Shown here: positions 9,568 through 20,136 of the stretch, piece after piece | How the letters are laid out: each line of letters begins with the position of its first letter | Numbering within the stretch: the first letter of the stretch is position 1 | Origin: Clostridiales bacterium | GTDB lineage: Bacteria > Bacillota > Clostridia > Oscillospirales > UBA644 | Reading direction: 5' to 3' | Length of the DNA stretch: 64,000 nt | Assembly (NCBI GenBank): GCA_003343705.1 | Contig: QAKR01000010.1 | Location: forward strand, 3,855-67,854 | Made by a program: the position numbers and the translations under genes | The notes under the pieces: model-generated | What the model saw: only the letters and a program-made list of their open reading frames with translations | The model's database searches: none | Told to the model about the DNA's origin: nothing

Positions 9568-10034
9568 AATAACTCCTTTAGCTTCTCCAGAACAGCTGTA
9601 ACTGTTTGGGAGCGCACCTCGTCACGGGCTCCTGAAAGCAGCAATTTTTCGCATATATGAATGTTTTTTTGTCGGATATAAATTGAGTAGTAAACAAGTC
9701 CGACAGGCTTTTCCTTTGTTCCGCCTCCGGGGCCGGCGATACCGGTTATTCCGACTCCAACTTCAGCGTCGGAATATTCACAAATACCTTTTGAAAGAGC
9801 GTAAGCGGTTTCTTCACTGACTGCGCCATACATATTAAGAACTTCTTTAGGAACCCCTAAAAGTTTGTTTTTAAATTTGTTTGAATAAACAACAGCTCCG
9901 AATTCAAAAACGTCAGAAGAACCGGGGGCATCAGTTATTGTCTTTGCCAAAAGACCGCCTGTACAGCTTTCCGCTGTAGAAATTTTCCAACCCAACTTTT
10001 TAAGATCGTCTATAAGTCTCATTAATAAATCCAT
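9564..10034 (-). CDS. CinA C-terminal domain protein / nicotinamide-nucleotide amidohydrolase (PncC-like)
   Basis: The STAESCTGGLLA and GITGIAGPGGG motifs are characteristic of the CinA-C/PncC family. An alternative start, MRLIDDL at 10022, overlaps the thiI stop (TAATG). Confidence 0.8.
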   Translation of the reverse strand: MDLLMRLIDDLKKLGWKISTAESCTGGLLAKTITDAPGSSDVFEFGAVVYSNKFKNKLLGVPKEVLNMYGAVSEETAYALSKGICEYSDAEVGVGITGIAGPGGGTKEKPVGLVYYSIYIRQKNIHICEKLLLSGARDEVRSQTVTAVLEKLKELL

Positions 10035-11185
10035 TCCGTTTTATCAATTTCTATATTTTCTAAAAGTGATTGTATATTAAGTTTTGTCTCTTCTCTTTTT
10101 ATTTCTTCCAACCGTGGTTTTGTCTTAGGATGCTTAGGTGTAAATACCGTACAACAATCTTCAAAAGGAAGAGTTGAAGTTTCAAAAGTTCCTATATTAT
10201 ATGCGTAATCAACTATATCCTGCTTATCTAAGCCTATCAACGGCCGAAAAACAGGCATCGCTGAAACATCATCTGTACAAACAATAGCTTCAAGTGTTTG
10301 TGATGCAACCTGCCCAAGGCTTTCTCCTGTTATAATTGCACCTGCACCGATTTTATCTGCAAGCGTACATGCTATACGCAGCATAAATCTTCGCATAATA
10401 ATTGTAAAAAAATCTTCACGGCATTTATTTTTTATTTGTTCCTGTATCTCTGTAAAATGAACAGTGTACAATATTGTTTTTCCGGTATAACGGCTCATGA
10501 GCTTTGTAAGTGTTTGAACTTTTTGCAATGCCCTTTGGCTTGTATATGGAGGGCTTTCAAAATGTATTGCTGAAATTTTCATTCCGCGTCGTGCCATCAA
10601 ATACCCTGCAACAGGGCTATCAAGCCCACCGGAAAGCATTAATAAGCCTTTCCCTCCACTCCCGCAAGGCAAACCTCCGGCCCCTTTTTGAGGGGTTTTA
10701 TGAACATAAATTCCGCCTTCACGAACCTCGGCATAAACACTCAATTCAGGTTGATGTAAATCAACTGAAAGATTTTTGTTTTGTTCAAGTAAATATGCAC
10801 CAAGTTCCGCACCTATTTCAGGTGAAGTTTTAGGATACGTTTTAATAGCTCTTTTGCCTATAACTTTAAACGTTTTTGCTTTTGCAAGGTCATCTGCCAA
10901 ATACTCTTGTGTAATCTTTTTAACTTCTTCAAAGTCAGGGGGACAAACAGCAGCTTTTGTAAGTGCAACAACTCCAAAAACACGAGAAAGCCTGTCCAGC
11001 GCCTCATCTGCATCAAACTCGCCATCAAAAGAAACGTAGATAGTAGACTGGGCAGAAAACACATGGCTTTGTCCCATACTTTCAACAGCCGCTTTTGCGG
11101 ATTGTATAATAATATCTTCCAGCTTGCGGCGGTTTAATCCTTTTAAAACTACTTCACCAAGCTTAAGTAAAATTACTTGTTTCAA
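10022..11185 (-). CDS. thiI: tRNA 4-thiouridine synthase ThiI
   Basis: N-terminal THUMP-like region followed by the PP-loop LMLSGGLDSPVAGYLMARRG. TTG start after GGAGGA. A cysteine desulfurase lies nearby, as is usual. Confidence 0.9.
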   Translation of the reverse strand: MKQVILLKLGEVVLKGLNRRKLEDIIIQSAKAAVESMGQSHVFSAQSTIYVSFDGEFDADEALDRLSRVFGVVALTKAAVCPPDFEEVKKITQEYLADDLAKAKTFKVIGKRAIKTYPKTSPEIGAELGAYLLEQNKNLSVDLHQPELSVYAEVREGGIYVHKTPQKGAGGLPCGSGGKGLLMLSGGLDSPVAGYLMARRGMKISAIHFESPPYTSQRALQKVQTLTKLMSRYTGKTILYTVHFTEIQEQIKNKCREDFFTIIMRRFMLRIACTLADKIGAGAIITGESLGQVASQTLEAIVCTDDVSAMPVFRPLIGLDKQDIVDYAYNIGTFETSTLPFEDCCTVFTPKHPKTKPRLEEIKREETKLNIQSLLENIEIDKTEWIY

Positions 11186-11205
11186 AATATTCCTCCGAGA
11201 AAAAC

Positions 11206-11769
11206 TTATACTGTGCCAAAAACTTTATCTATAAGTTCAATATATTCATTGTAAGCGGTAGTTGCTGAAAACTCACAAAGATTATCAGCTATAGATGAAT
11301 AATACCATGCATGTTCATTTTTATCTTTTTGGTTAAAACTTTCCCATAGATTGTCACCTATTTGTAAAAACTCATTGTAGATAGACCTTATATTGGAAAG
11401 TTTATCTGCCAGTATAATTATTTTTTCATCATATTGGGCATTTGTTTTTAAATACGCTATTGTTTTCTGCTTGCGTAACTTCCATGTTTCAGATGCAGAT
11501 TTATCACGCATTTTGTCTTCGCTATCAGCACATACAAGTCTTGTTATTTTTTCACCGAATTCAATTTTTAATTGCTCTTCGGTAATCGACGTGTCTTCAA
11601 TAATATCATGAAGTGCGGCGGCAGCAATTATTTCACAATCTGAAGTCAGCCGAGATACAATTGCTACGCATTCGGCAGGATGTATTATATAAGGAATATC
11701 AGATCCTTTTCTTTTCATACCGTTATGAGCGTTTGAAGCGAAAACTACAGCTCTTTCAACTAATTCCAT
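11206..11769 (-). CDS. HD-domain phosphohydrolase (RelA/SpoT-type hydrolase-like)
   Basis: IIHPAECV ... AAALHDIIEDT is an HD motif. The second ATG (MELVERA, 11769) has a GAGGA SD, so the track start at 11781 is probably 4 codons too long. Confidence 0.75.
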   Translation of the reverse strand: MELVERAVVFASNAHNGMKRKGSDIPYIIHPAECVAIVSRLTSDCEIIAAAALHDIIEDTSITEEQLKIEFGEKITRLVCADSEDKMRDKSASETWKLRKQKTIAYLKTNAQYDEKIIILADKLSNIRSIYNEFLQIGDNLWESFNQKDKNEHAWYYSSIADNLCEFSATTAYNEYIELIDKVFGTV

Positions 11770-11851
11770 TGAAATCCTCATTTACGACGTGTTTATATTT
11801 TATATTCCTTATATAACTACAGCTTTTTTTCGATAATTTAATTTTTATGAT

Positions 11852-13774
11852 TTATCTAACTCGTTCGCCAAGGGGTGTATCTTTGTCAAGAAATACAACT
11901 CTAACAGTCTCTTCGCCGCTGGCTATAATCATTCCGTTGCTTTCAACTCCTCTGAGTTTTACTGGCTTTAGGTTTGCAACGACTATTATTTTTTTACCTA
12001 TAAGATCTTCAGGTTTGTAAAATTTAGCAATACCTGAAACCACCTGGCGTTTTTCGTAACCGAGATCAAGCTGAAGTTTAAGCAATTTATCGCTCTTAGG
12101 TACAGATTCGCACTCATAAACAAGAGCTGTACGAAGTTCAACATTCATAAATTCCTCAATACCGATCTGCGCTATACCTTCCGGTTTTTGAGGTTTCTTT
12201 TTTGATTCTGCCAAAGCGATCATTTCTTTTAGCTTAACATCTTCATCAATTCTGCCGAAAAGAATTTCAGCCTTTCCTATATGGGTGCCGGATTTAAGCC
12301 CTCCGAATTCTTTTATACTATCAAAATCGGACTGTTCAGTACCCAGCTGTGAAAAGATTCTTTCACATGTTTTTGGCATAAAAGGCATAAGCATTACAGC
12401 ACCTGTACGTATTGTCTCTAAAAGAATATAGATAACAGTTGCAAGATCACCTTTACGGTTTTCATCTTTTGCAAGAGTCCATGGTGTGGTTTCATCAATA
12501 TATTTATTTGCACGACGCAACATTGCAAACACAATATCTGAAGCATCTGCTATATGATATGTGTCCATTCGTTCTGTATATTTTTCAATGCTCAAAGCTA
12601 CTGTTTTTTTAATATCTTCATCAAATTCCGTTTTACCCACAGGATCAGGAATTATACCGTCGAAATATTTCTCAGTCATTGCCATAGTACGGCTAACAAG
12701 GTTACCCAGGTTATTTGCAAGATCGCTGTTATAACGGCTGATAACGCTTTCATATGTTATACTTCCGTCCGAACCATAAGGCATTTCTGAAAGAACATAA
12801 TGTCGTGTTGCATCAACACCGAACTCGTTCACAAGCTCGTCCGGATAAATAACATTGCCTTTTGATTTAGACATTTTATCTTCTCCGAATAAAAGCCATG
12901 GATGACCAAAAACCATTTTAGGAAGAGGCAGATCAAGTGACATTAAAAATATAGGCCAATATATAGTATGAAAACGCAAAATATCTTTACCGATTATATG
13001 AACGTCAGCAGGCCAGTATTTTGCATAATCTTCACCTTGTTTATCCACATCATAGCCAAGACCGGTAATGTAGTTTGAAAGAGCGTCAAGCCAGACATAA
13101 ACAACATGTTTTGGGTCAAATTCAACAGGGATTCCCCATTTAAACGACGTTCTTGAGACGCAAAGATCTTGTAAACCTGGTTTAAGGAAGTTGTTAACCA
13201 TTTCCTTTTTACGGCTTTCGGGCGTAATGAAATCAGGATTTTCCTCAATGTATTTCATTAATCGGTCCTGATATTTACTCATTTTAAAGAAATATGCTTC
13301 TTCTTTTGCTTTTTTAACTTCGCTTCCGCAATCGGGGCATTTTCCGTCTACAAGCTGTGTCTCAGTAAAAAAGCTTTCACATGGGACACAGTAGTGTCCT
13401 TCATATTCGCCCTTATATATATCGCCTTTTTCATACATTCTTTTAAACATGTTTGCAACGGCTTTTTCGTGATAATCGTCGGTAGTTCTTATAAACTTAT
13501 CATAACTTGTACCAACCATATCCCAGATTTCTTTAATCTGGCCTGCAACTTTATCAACGTATTCTTTGGGCGTTAAGCCTTCTTTTTTAGCATAATCTTC
13601 AATTTTCTGGCCGTGCTCATCTGTACCGGTCATAAAGAATACATCAAAACCGCGAAGTCTTTTATAACGTGCGATAGCGTCCGCCATAATAGCCTCATAA
13701 GTATTACCGATATGAGGTTTTTGTGAGGCATACATAATAGCCGTTGTAATGTAGAATGTGTTCTTGTCGCTCAT
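11852..13774 (-). CDS. metG: Methionine--tRNA ligase with C-terminal tRNA-binding domain
   Basis: The HIGN (class I HIGH-like) and KMSKS motifs are present, with the zinc knuckle CVPCESF...CPDCG and a C-terminal EMAP/Trbp111-like domain (VVSGIAKFYKPEDLIGKKIIVVANLKP). Confidence 0.95.
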   Translation of the reverse strand: MSDKNTFYITTAIMYASQKPHIGNTYEAIMADAIARYKRLRGFDVFFMTGTDEHGQKIEDYAKKEGLTPKEYVDKVAGQIKEIWDMVGTSYDKFIRTTDDYHEKAVANMFKRMYEKGDIYKGEYEGHYCVPCESFFTETQLVDGKCPDCGSEVKKAKEEAYFFKMSKYQDRLMKYIEENPDFITPESRKKEMVNNFLKPGLQDLCVSRTSFKWGIPVEFDPKHVVYVWLDALSNYITGLGYDVDKQGEDYAKYWPADVHIIGKDILRFHTIYWPIFLMSLDLPLPKMVFGHPWLLFGEDKMSKSKGNVIYPDELVNEFGVDATRHYVLSEMPYGSDGSITYESVISRYNSDLANNLGNLVSRTMAMTEKYFDGIIPDPVGKTEFDEDIKKTVALSIEKYTERMDTYHIADASDIVFAMLRRANKYIDETTPWTLAKDENRKGDLATVIYILLETIRTGAVMLMPFMPKTCERIFSQLGTEQSDFDSIKEFGGLKSGTHIGKAEILFGRIDEDVKLKEMIALAESKKKPQKPEGIAQIGIEEFMNVELRTALVYECESVPKSDKLLKLQLDLGYEKRQVVSGIAKFYKPEDLIGKKIIVVANLKPVKLRGVESNGMIIASGEETVRVVFLDKDTPLGERVR

Positions 13775-13931
13775 CTATTTATATCTCCTTATTAAAGCAG
13801 TGTATAAAGTCCACACTGCACAGCAATTGCGGGTAACTTATAATATATGAACATTATACTTTATACTTCTTGCAAGTTGTCGCAAGCTTCTGTTACCATG
13901 TTCAAAATTTATATAAGTCTAAAGGCTGTTA

Positions 13932-14564
13932 TCAGCCTATATCTGCTGTATAAAGTTTTGCAGTCTTACCGTTTTTAAGTGTTACAGTTTCAAGTTTGAG
14001 GCCGCGCCCCATCTGTGCAAGAGTTTCAGCTTCAAGACGGTTTTGCATATGAAATGCAGAATATTTTTCGTCGTTTATAAGTGCAATTACTTCATATTTT
14101 CCGCCTGCATTAAAATCTGTAATTTCTTTTATTGCCATTTTAGGATTTTTAATATCTGTTCCGCTTTCATAAAGCGAATAATCACTGCCATATATGATAT
14201 ATATACCACTTATACCAATATCGTTAATGGATACTGTAATATAAAGTGCATTATCCGAAGCTTTAACAGGCTCTGCAAGACAAACATTTTCTTCACGACT
14301 GTTTATTATATTAACGTAAACTTCATCGCCGTCTTGTATTTTAAAAAGAGGGTTAACTCCGAAGTTTTCAAGGTTTGCAGAAATTTTTGTTGCTCGTCTT
14401 TCATCTGAACGTTCACGAATAGTATCGCAAAAACAGTCTTTAATATATTCAAAAACAGCGTCGTTTACAGTTTGCGCACGGCCGTTCTGATTATACATTT
14501 CATTAACTTTAATACCGGACATACATACCATTTTAATTAATGCTTTAACTACGTTTGTTTTCAT
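13932..14564 (-). CDS. Hypothetical protein (210 aa)
   Basis: Long ORF with an AGGAG SD overlapping the upstream stop, in a tightly packed same-strand operon. No family recognised. Confidence 0.55.
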   Translation of the reverse strand: MKTNVVKALIKMVCMSGIKVNEMYNQNGRAQTVNDAVFEYIKDCFCDTIRERSDERRATKISANLENFGVNPLFKIQDGDEVYVNIINSREENVCLAEPVKASDNALYITVSINDIGISGIYIIYGSDYSLYESGTDIKNPKMAIKEITDFNAGGKYEVIALINDEKYSAFHMQNRLEAETLAQMGRGLKLETVTLKNGKTAKLYTADIG

Positions 14565-14565
14565 A

Positions 14566-15669
14566 CTATTTACTCCTAATAAGTTTATTTAATGCATTGT
14601 GCAAGTTTTCAAGAAGTATACCAATTTCAATTTCAGTATTATATTCCGAAAAGCTTATTCTCAATGAATTTTTTTGATAACGCTCAAGTCCCAGTGCTGA
14701 ATATACATACGATGAGTGTTTTGAAGAGCATGCTGAACCGGTTGAAATATAAATTTCGCTTTGAGATAAGAAATGTACAATATTTTCGCCTATATAATCT
14801 TCAAAAATAGCGTTAATTATATATGGTGAGGCGTCCTGTGGTGAAATTATTTTTCCGCCAAAATTTTCAAGTCCTATTTTTGTTTTATCACATAACGTTT
14901 TAACTATAGAATAATTGTTTTTAATGTTACAATTTTCCACAGCGGCTGCAAAAGCTAAGGCACCCGGCACATTTGAAGTGGATGAAAACAACCCGTTTTC
15001 CTGCCCACCACCGTAAATTACCGGCTTTATTTTTATGCCCTTTTTAATATAAAGTGCGCCTATTCCTTTAGGTGCATGAACCTTATGCCCTGAAAACGAA
15101 GCCATGTCGACTGCTGAATAATTAAAAGGTTCTTTCATAAAACCCTGAACCGCATCAGTGTGAAAAACAGCCCCCGTCCCGCTTTTTTTTATGACGTTTG
15201 CAAGATCATTAAGGGGAGAAACTGCACCGGTTTCATTGTTGACGTGGCAAATACTTACAAATACAGTGTCCGGTGTTATTGCTTTTTGCAAAAGTTCCGG
15301 TGTTATTTTACCGTTTTCAGGCTTTAAATATATAACGTTTAGATCTTTTAAATTCTTAAAGCATTCCAGAACTGCAGGATGTTCAAACGCGGTTGTTATA
15401 ACCGTTTTTCCTTTTTTATTTTTTAAAAACCCGCAAATTGCAAGATTGTCCGCACAGGTTCCCGATGGGGTAAAATAAATTTCATTTGATCTTACACCTG
15501 CAGCTTTTGCAATGATCTCACGGGCGTTTTCAAGTGCAGTTTCAGCTTTAAAACCTGCCGAATGAAGAGAGGCTGGATTTGCATAGTTTTTACAAAAAGC
15601 CTCGTTAGCTGCTTTTACAGCTTCGAGACAAACTTTTGTTGTTGCTGCATTATCAAGATATATCATCAA
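14566..15669 (-). CDS. Cysteine desulfurase (class V aminotransferase, NifS/IscS-like)
   Basis: IYLDNAATT at the N-terminus, the PLP-lysine context SFSGHKVHAPKGIGALY, and the active-site loop STGSACSS. Confidence 0.85.
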   Translation of the reverse strand: MMIYLDNAATTKVCLEAVKAANEAFCKNYANPASLHSAGFKAETALENAREIIAKAAGVRSNEIYFTPSGTCADNLAICGFLKNKKGKTVITTAFEHPAVLECFKNLKDLNVIYLKPENGKITPELLQKAITPDTVFVSICHVNNETGAVSPLNDLANVIKKSGTGAVFHTDAVQGFMKEPFNYSAVDMASFSGHKVHAPKGIGALYIKKGIKIKPVIYGGGQENGLFSSTSNVPGALAFAAAVENCNIKNNYSIVKTLCDKTKIGLENFGGKIISPQDASPYIINAIFEDYIGENIVHFLSQSEIYISTGSACSSKHSSYVYSALGLERYQKNSLRISFSEYNTEIEIGILLENLHNALNKLIRSK

Positions 15670-16834
15670 TGTCTCCGTCTGTTAAACTTTCACTTTCGGA
15701 GTCTGCTTCCACATCACGCAGGCTTCGTATTATCATATTTGTTCTTGTTCCTATTAGGCGGTCAAGCTCTTCATCTGCACCATGGTACTTCTTTTTAACC
15801 TTTTCCAGTGCATCGGAAAATTTAATAAATTCAGACTTGACTGAGGAAAGAGTTTTTGCAATATTAGCTGAATATTTTTCAATGGTTAAAGTTTGGAACC
15901 CCATTTGCAAGCTGTTAAGAAAAGCAGTTATCGTTGTAGGTCCGGCGACGGTTATATTATATTTTTGTGAAAGTTCATCAACTAAAGCTTCTCTTTTAAC
16001 TACTTCAGCAAAAAGACCTTCTGTAGGCAAGAACATAATTGCAAATGCTGTAGTTTGAGGAACATCAATATATTTTTCACATATACTTTTTGCACTGTCT
16101 TTTATAAATCGCTCAAAAGCGGTATCTGCACTTTTTTTGCGGCAATCGTCTCCGCTATCGTATGCATCAAAAAGCTCAGTGTATCTATCCATTGGGAATT
16201 TTGCATCAATAGGCAACAGAACATATTTATTATCCTCGTCTTTTGATGGAATTTTTATAGCAAAATCCACAAGCTCGTTGGACCCGTTTTTTATTTTTAA
16301 TTGTTTTTCATATTTACCGCTGAGTGTTTGTTCTAGTATTTTTTCAAGCTGCACCTCGCCCATAACACCTCGTGTTTTTACATTTGTAAGGGCTTTTTTT
16401 AAGTCTCCTACATTTGTGGCGAGCTCTTGCATTTCACCCATACTTTTATTAACACTTGAAAGTTGTTCATTAATTGTCTGGAAAGCTTTTTGTACTTTCT
16501 CTTCAAGAGTTTTTTGCAGTTTTTCATCAACAACACCCTGGATTTCAGAAAGTTTTTTTTCATTACTTTCCTGCAACCGTACAAGTCGTGTTTCTGTAGT
16601 TTGATTAACTTTTTCAAGCTTTTCCGAAACATCTGAAAGAGCGTTCCTCATTGCCCTCGTTTGGGCCTCATCAAGGTTACGAAGATTTTCATTTATACTT
16701 GCTGTAATGTTTCGAGATACTCTGTCAAGTTCGTCGCGGTCGTCTTTTCTATTGTTTTTTATAAGTATTGTAATACATAATACTATAAGTATTAATAGTA
16801 AAAAAATAATTCCGAAAAGCAAGTAAGCTTCCAT
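15653..16834 (-). CDS. rmuC: DNA recombination protein RmuC
   Basis: N-terminal TM helix, a long coiled-coil, and a C-terminal block AIMFLPTEGLFAEV...ITVAGPTTITAFLNSLQMGF typical of RmuC. Confidence 0.85.
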   Translation of the reverse strand: MEAYLLFGIIFLLLILIVLCITILIKNNRKDDRDELDRVSRNITASINENLRNLDEAQTRAMRNALSDVSEKLEKVNQTTETRLVRLQESNEKKLSEIQGVVDEKLQKTLEEKVQKAFQTINEQLSSVNKSMGEMQELATNVGDLKKALTNVKTRGVMGEVQLEKILEQTLSGKYEKQLKIKNGSNELVDFAIKIPSKDEDNKYVLLPIDAKFPMDRYTELFDAYDSGDDCRKKSADTAFERFIKDSAKSICEKYIDVPQTTAFAIMFLPTEGLFAEVVKREALVDELSQKYNITVAGPTTITAFLNSLQMGFQTLTIEKYSANIAKTLSSVKSEFIKFSDALEKVKKKYHGADEELDRLIGTRTNMIIRSLRDVEADSESESLTDGDIDDIS

Positions 16835-16849
16835 ATTTACCTCTTTTCT

Positions 16850-19207
16850 TTAATTTATTATATCCATTTTAGCAAAGTTAGCCATCAGCTTTTTTGTACC
16901 GACTTTTGCGAAATCAACTGTTAAAAGGGTATCTGAAGACATCTCCGTAACGGCTGTTATTACGCCGTCTCCGAAAGTTGGGTGGTTAACTTTCATATCA
17001 ACTGAGTATGATATTTTTTCTTTTTTATTTTCCTGTGCTACCTGTTTGGCAACCGCTCCGAAGCCTGCTAAAACAGATGTACGTTTATGAGGTTTTTCAC
17101 GAACTTCAACAGCTTGTTTTTGAGGTACAGGCCGTTTGACGGTTTCTATAAGCTCAGGCGGAATTTCTTTTAGAAATTGAGACGGGAAAGAAGCTCTTAC
17201 TGTACCGTAAGTCATACGTGAACGAGCTGAAAGAATATATAAAGATTCTTTAGCACGTGTTATTGCAACGTAACAAAGTCGGCGTTCTTCTTCAATTCCT
17301 TGTGGTTCGGTTGCAGACATTGCAGAAGGGAAAAGACCTTCTTCAAAACCGGATATAAAGACTGTATTGTATTCAAGCCCTTTTGAGCAGTGCATGGTCA
17401 TAAGAATAACAGCATCATCATTTTCATCGAGGCTGTCAACAGCACTGACAAGAGCAGTTTCTTCAAGATAGTGTTGTAGAGTAGGCTCGTCCGAATTTTG
17501 TTCAAAAGTAACAATTGAGTTCATAAATTCGTCCAGGTTTTCACGACGCTGGGCACGTTCACGCATGTCGTATTCACGTAGCATTTGGTTATATCCTACA
17601 GCTTCAAGCATATAGTCATAAAGCTCAGAAATTTTCATATGCTCACTTTTCACTTGTAAATCTTCAATTATTTGTACAAACCGCAAAAGTCGGTCCTGTA
17701 CACGCTGAAGTTCCGGAAAGTCTGCAGCATGCTTCATTACATCAAAAAACTTCATATCGTTTAATGTAGCAAGCTCATCTATTTTAGTAAGGGTTGTATC
17801 CCCTATCCCTCGTTTTGGTTCGTTTATGATACGTAAAAGGCGTGTTTTATCATTAGGATTTCTTATAACGTTCAGGTATGCCAAAACATCTTGAATCTCT
17901 TTACGTTTTAAGAAGGCAAGCCCTCCGAATACACGATACGGAATTCCGTTACCTTTTAAAGCAAGTTCAATTGAGTTTGACTGTGAGTGGGTCCGATAAA
18001 GTATACAGAAATCGCTATATTTTAAACCTCTGGTAGAAATTCTGCGTAATATTTGGCCGGCTATGTAATCAGCTTCTTCATGTTGAGAAGAAAGATTGTA
18101 ATACTTTATTTTATTTCCTTCTCCGTTTGCCGTCCATAACCGCTTGCCTTTACGTTCGGTATTATTACCGATTACACTGTTTGCCGCATCAAGAATTGTT
18201 TGAGTTGATCGGTAATTTTGTTCAAGCCTTATAACTTGTGCATCTTTAAACTGTTTTTCAAAACTTAAAATATTATCAATGGATGCCCCCATAAATTTAT
18301 AGATACTCTGGTCGTCGTCACCTACCACACATATATTTCCACCGCTTGATAAAAGAGAAATAAGCTTATATTGCAGCGGGTTAGTGTCTTGGTATTCATC
18401 GACCAATATATATTGAAATCTTCTATGCAGTTTTTCTCGTATATCTTCAAATTTATCCAGTAATTTAACTGTAAAGAATATTAAATCATCAAAATCAAGT
18501 GCGTCTGCTTGGGCAAGGCCTGCCTGGTATGTTTCATATATAAAAGCAAGTTTAGGGAGTGAAGGCTCTTTAAACTTTGTATCAAATTCTTCCGGTGAAC
18601 AATAGGCTGTTTTTGCTTTAGATATAATTCTTTTAACCATTTTTGCATTGTATTTATCCGTAAGCTCGTTTTCTTTAATTATCCGTTCCAGAAGTTTAAT
18701 ACTATCCTGTTCGTCGTAAATAGTAAATGAATTTTGCATACCTAAAAGATTAATATATGAACGTAAAATCCTTACACATGTAGAGTGAAATGTCAAGGCC
18801 CATAAATCAGAAACTGAAATACCGAAGAGTTTTTCTATTCTTTCGCGCATTTCTCCTGCAGCCTTGTTTGTAAATGTTATTGCCAAAACATTTTTAGGTA
18901 AATAGGGTTTAACACTCATCAATGAAAAATATCTATCACTTTTTCTGAGATCTTTGTTTTTTAAGCATTCTTCAAGGAACAAGATATCGTCCTTATCGAC
19001 TTCTTGTTCCCCGTTGTCTATGTAAGAACAACCGTATTTTAATAAATAACCAATCTTATTTACAATTACGGTTGTTTTTCCGCTACCTGCCCCGGCAAGT
19101 ATTAAAAGAGGCTTGCCAGTAGCAAAAACAGCCTCCTTCTGGACAGGATTCAGGCTTGAATATTCATCTTCTAAAATCTTCCTACGTATGTCTGCTAAAA
19201 CGGTCAT
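16850..19207 (-). CDS. pcrA: ATP-dependent DNA helicase PcrA (UvrD family)
   Basis: Walker A AGAGSGKT, DEYQDTN, NYRST and the other SF1A helicase motifs, with a PcrA-type C-terminal Tudor-like tail (VNHPTFGDGVI). Confidence 0.9.
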   Translation of the reverse strand: MTVLADIRRKILEDEYSSLNPVQKEAVFATGKPLLILAGAGSGKTTVIVNKIGYLLKYGCSYIDNGEQEVDKDDILFLEECLKNKDLRKSDRYFSLMSVKPYLPKNVLAITFTNKAAGEMRERIEKLFGISVSDLWALTFHSTCVRILRSYINLLGMQNSFTIYDEQDSIKLLERIIKENELTDKYNAKMVKRIISKAKTAYCSPEEFDTKFKEPSLPKLAFIYETYQAGLAQADALDFDDLIFFTVKLLDKFEDIREKLHRRFQYILVDEYQDTNPLQYKLISLLSSGGNICVVGDDDQSIYKFMGASIDNILSFEKQFKDAQVIRLEQNYRSTQTILDAANSVIGNNTERKGKRLWTANGEGNKIKYYNLSSQHEEADYIAGQILRRISTRGLKYSDFCILYRTHSQSNSIELALKGNGIPYRVFGGLAFLKRKEIQDVLAYLNVIRNPNDKTRLLRIINEPKRGIGDTTLTKIDELATLNDMKFFDVMKHAADFPELQRVQDRLLRFVQIIEDLQVKSEHMKISELYDYMLEAVGYNQMLREYDMRERAQRRENLDEFMNSIVTFEQNSDEPTLQHYLEETALVSAVDSLDENDDAVILMTMHCSKGLEYNTVFISGFEEGLFPSAMSATEPQGIEEERRLCYVAITRAKESLYILSARSRMTYGTVRASFPSQFLKEIPPELIETVKRPVPQKQAVEVREKPHKRTSVLAGFGAVAKQVAQENKKEKISYSVDMKVNHPTFGDGVITAVTEMSSDTLLTVDFAKVGTKKLMANFAKMDIIN

Positions 19208-19427
19208 TTAATGCACACCTTTTTTTGTATTATATATATATTACACTATTTTGACAGAAATTGCAATAGGTAAAAAGAACATTTTGCCGAAATGTATATA
19301 ATGTTGTTTTAATAAAAACAAAGAATTGATAATAAGGATTATTTTACTTTTTATACATTTTTAGTATAAATAGCCTTTTCTGCGGAAAAATGTAAATAAC
19401 CGATAAATCTTAATACGGAGAAATAGT

Positions 19428-20123
19428 ATGAGAAAAAAAATTACAAAAATCATATCTCTTTGTCTTGTTTTAATCATAGCCTTTGCAGTTATCCAGACAG
19501 TTGTTTATAACTATACTTCACAAACGACTCTTTCAAAATACGGCTCTCGCGGTGAAGAAGTTAGGGAAATTCAGACAAGGCTTAAAAAATGGGGTTATTA
19601 CAACGGTAACGTAGATGGTATATACGGGTCTCAGACAAGAGATGCCGTTATATGGTTTCAAAAGAAAAACGGGCTTTCCGCTGACGGGATTGCAGGACCT
19701 AAGACCCTTGCTGCAATGGGGATTTTTATGAACAGTTCTTCATCTTCATCCTCTTCATCCAACCGTCAAAACGATATAAATTTACTTGCACGACTAATAT
19801 CTACTGAAGCAAAAGGTGAAATCTATGTAGGACAAGTTGCTGTTGGTGCAGTTGTTTTAAACAGAGTAAAGCATCCATCTTTTCCAAACACTCTGTCAGG
19901 CGTAATTTATCAACCCGGAGCATTCTCAGGAGTAAACAAATCGTCTTGGTATCAAACAGTGCCGGATAGTTGTTATAAGGCTGCAGAAGCAGCAATGAAC
20001 GGCTGGGATCCCACCGGAGGCAGTGTATATTTTTATAATCCTAAAAAAACCTCAAATGCATGGCTCCATTCTTTACCGACAACAGCGGTTATAGGTAATC
20101 ATGTCTTTTCTAAAGGAAAATAA
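19428..20123 (+). CDS. sleB: Spore cortex-lytic enzyme (SleB-type: PG-binding domain + hydrolase_2 domain)
   Basis: Signal/TM segment, then the PG_binding_1 repeat (GSRGEEVREIQTRLKKWGYY...GIAGPKTLAAMG), a poly-Ser linker, and the SleB/CwlJ catalytic block LLARLISTEAKGE...VLNRVKHPSFPNTLSGVIYQPGAFS. Confidence 0.8.
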   Translation: MRKKITKIISLCLVLIIAFAVIQTVVYNYTSQTTLSKYGSRGEEVREIQTRLKKWGYYNGNVDGIYGSQTRDAVIWFQKKNGLSADGIAGPKTLAAMGIFMNSSSSSSSSSNRQNDINLLARLISTEAKGEIYVGQVAVGAVVLNRVKHPSFPNTLSGVIYQPGAFSGVNKSSWYQTVPDSCYKAAEAAMNGWDPTGGSVYFYNPKKTSNAWLHSLPTTAVIGNHVFSKGK

Positions 20124-20136
20124 AATATATTAAAAA

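Noticed and set aside
13775-13931. Possible T-box or other leader upstream of metG
   Set aside because: Only ~157 nt are available. I could find no T-box consensus (AGGGTGGNACCGCG-like) and no terminator/antiterminator pair, so it is probably just a promoter region.
15636-16604. 140-aa and 155-aa plus-strand ORFs antisense to rmuC
   Set aside because: Both lie within the rmuC coding region, with Ser/Phe-rich low-complexity translations and no start signals.
15653-19207. rmuC-pcrA pair, plus addAB at 55304..61979, considered as a possible phage-defence module
   Set aside because: All four have full canonical housekeeping motifs and lengths and sit among core genes. There are no associated nuclease, ATPase or methylase novelties, so they are ordinary recombination and repair genes.
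19726-19760. Serine-codon repeat (poly-Ser run) in sleB
   Set aside because: It is a short interdomain linker between the PG-binding and catalytic domains. It uses mixed Ser codons and is not a slippery homopolymer, so it is unlikely to be a contingency locus.
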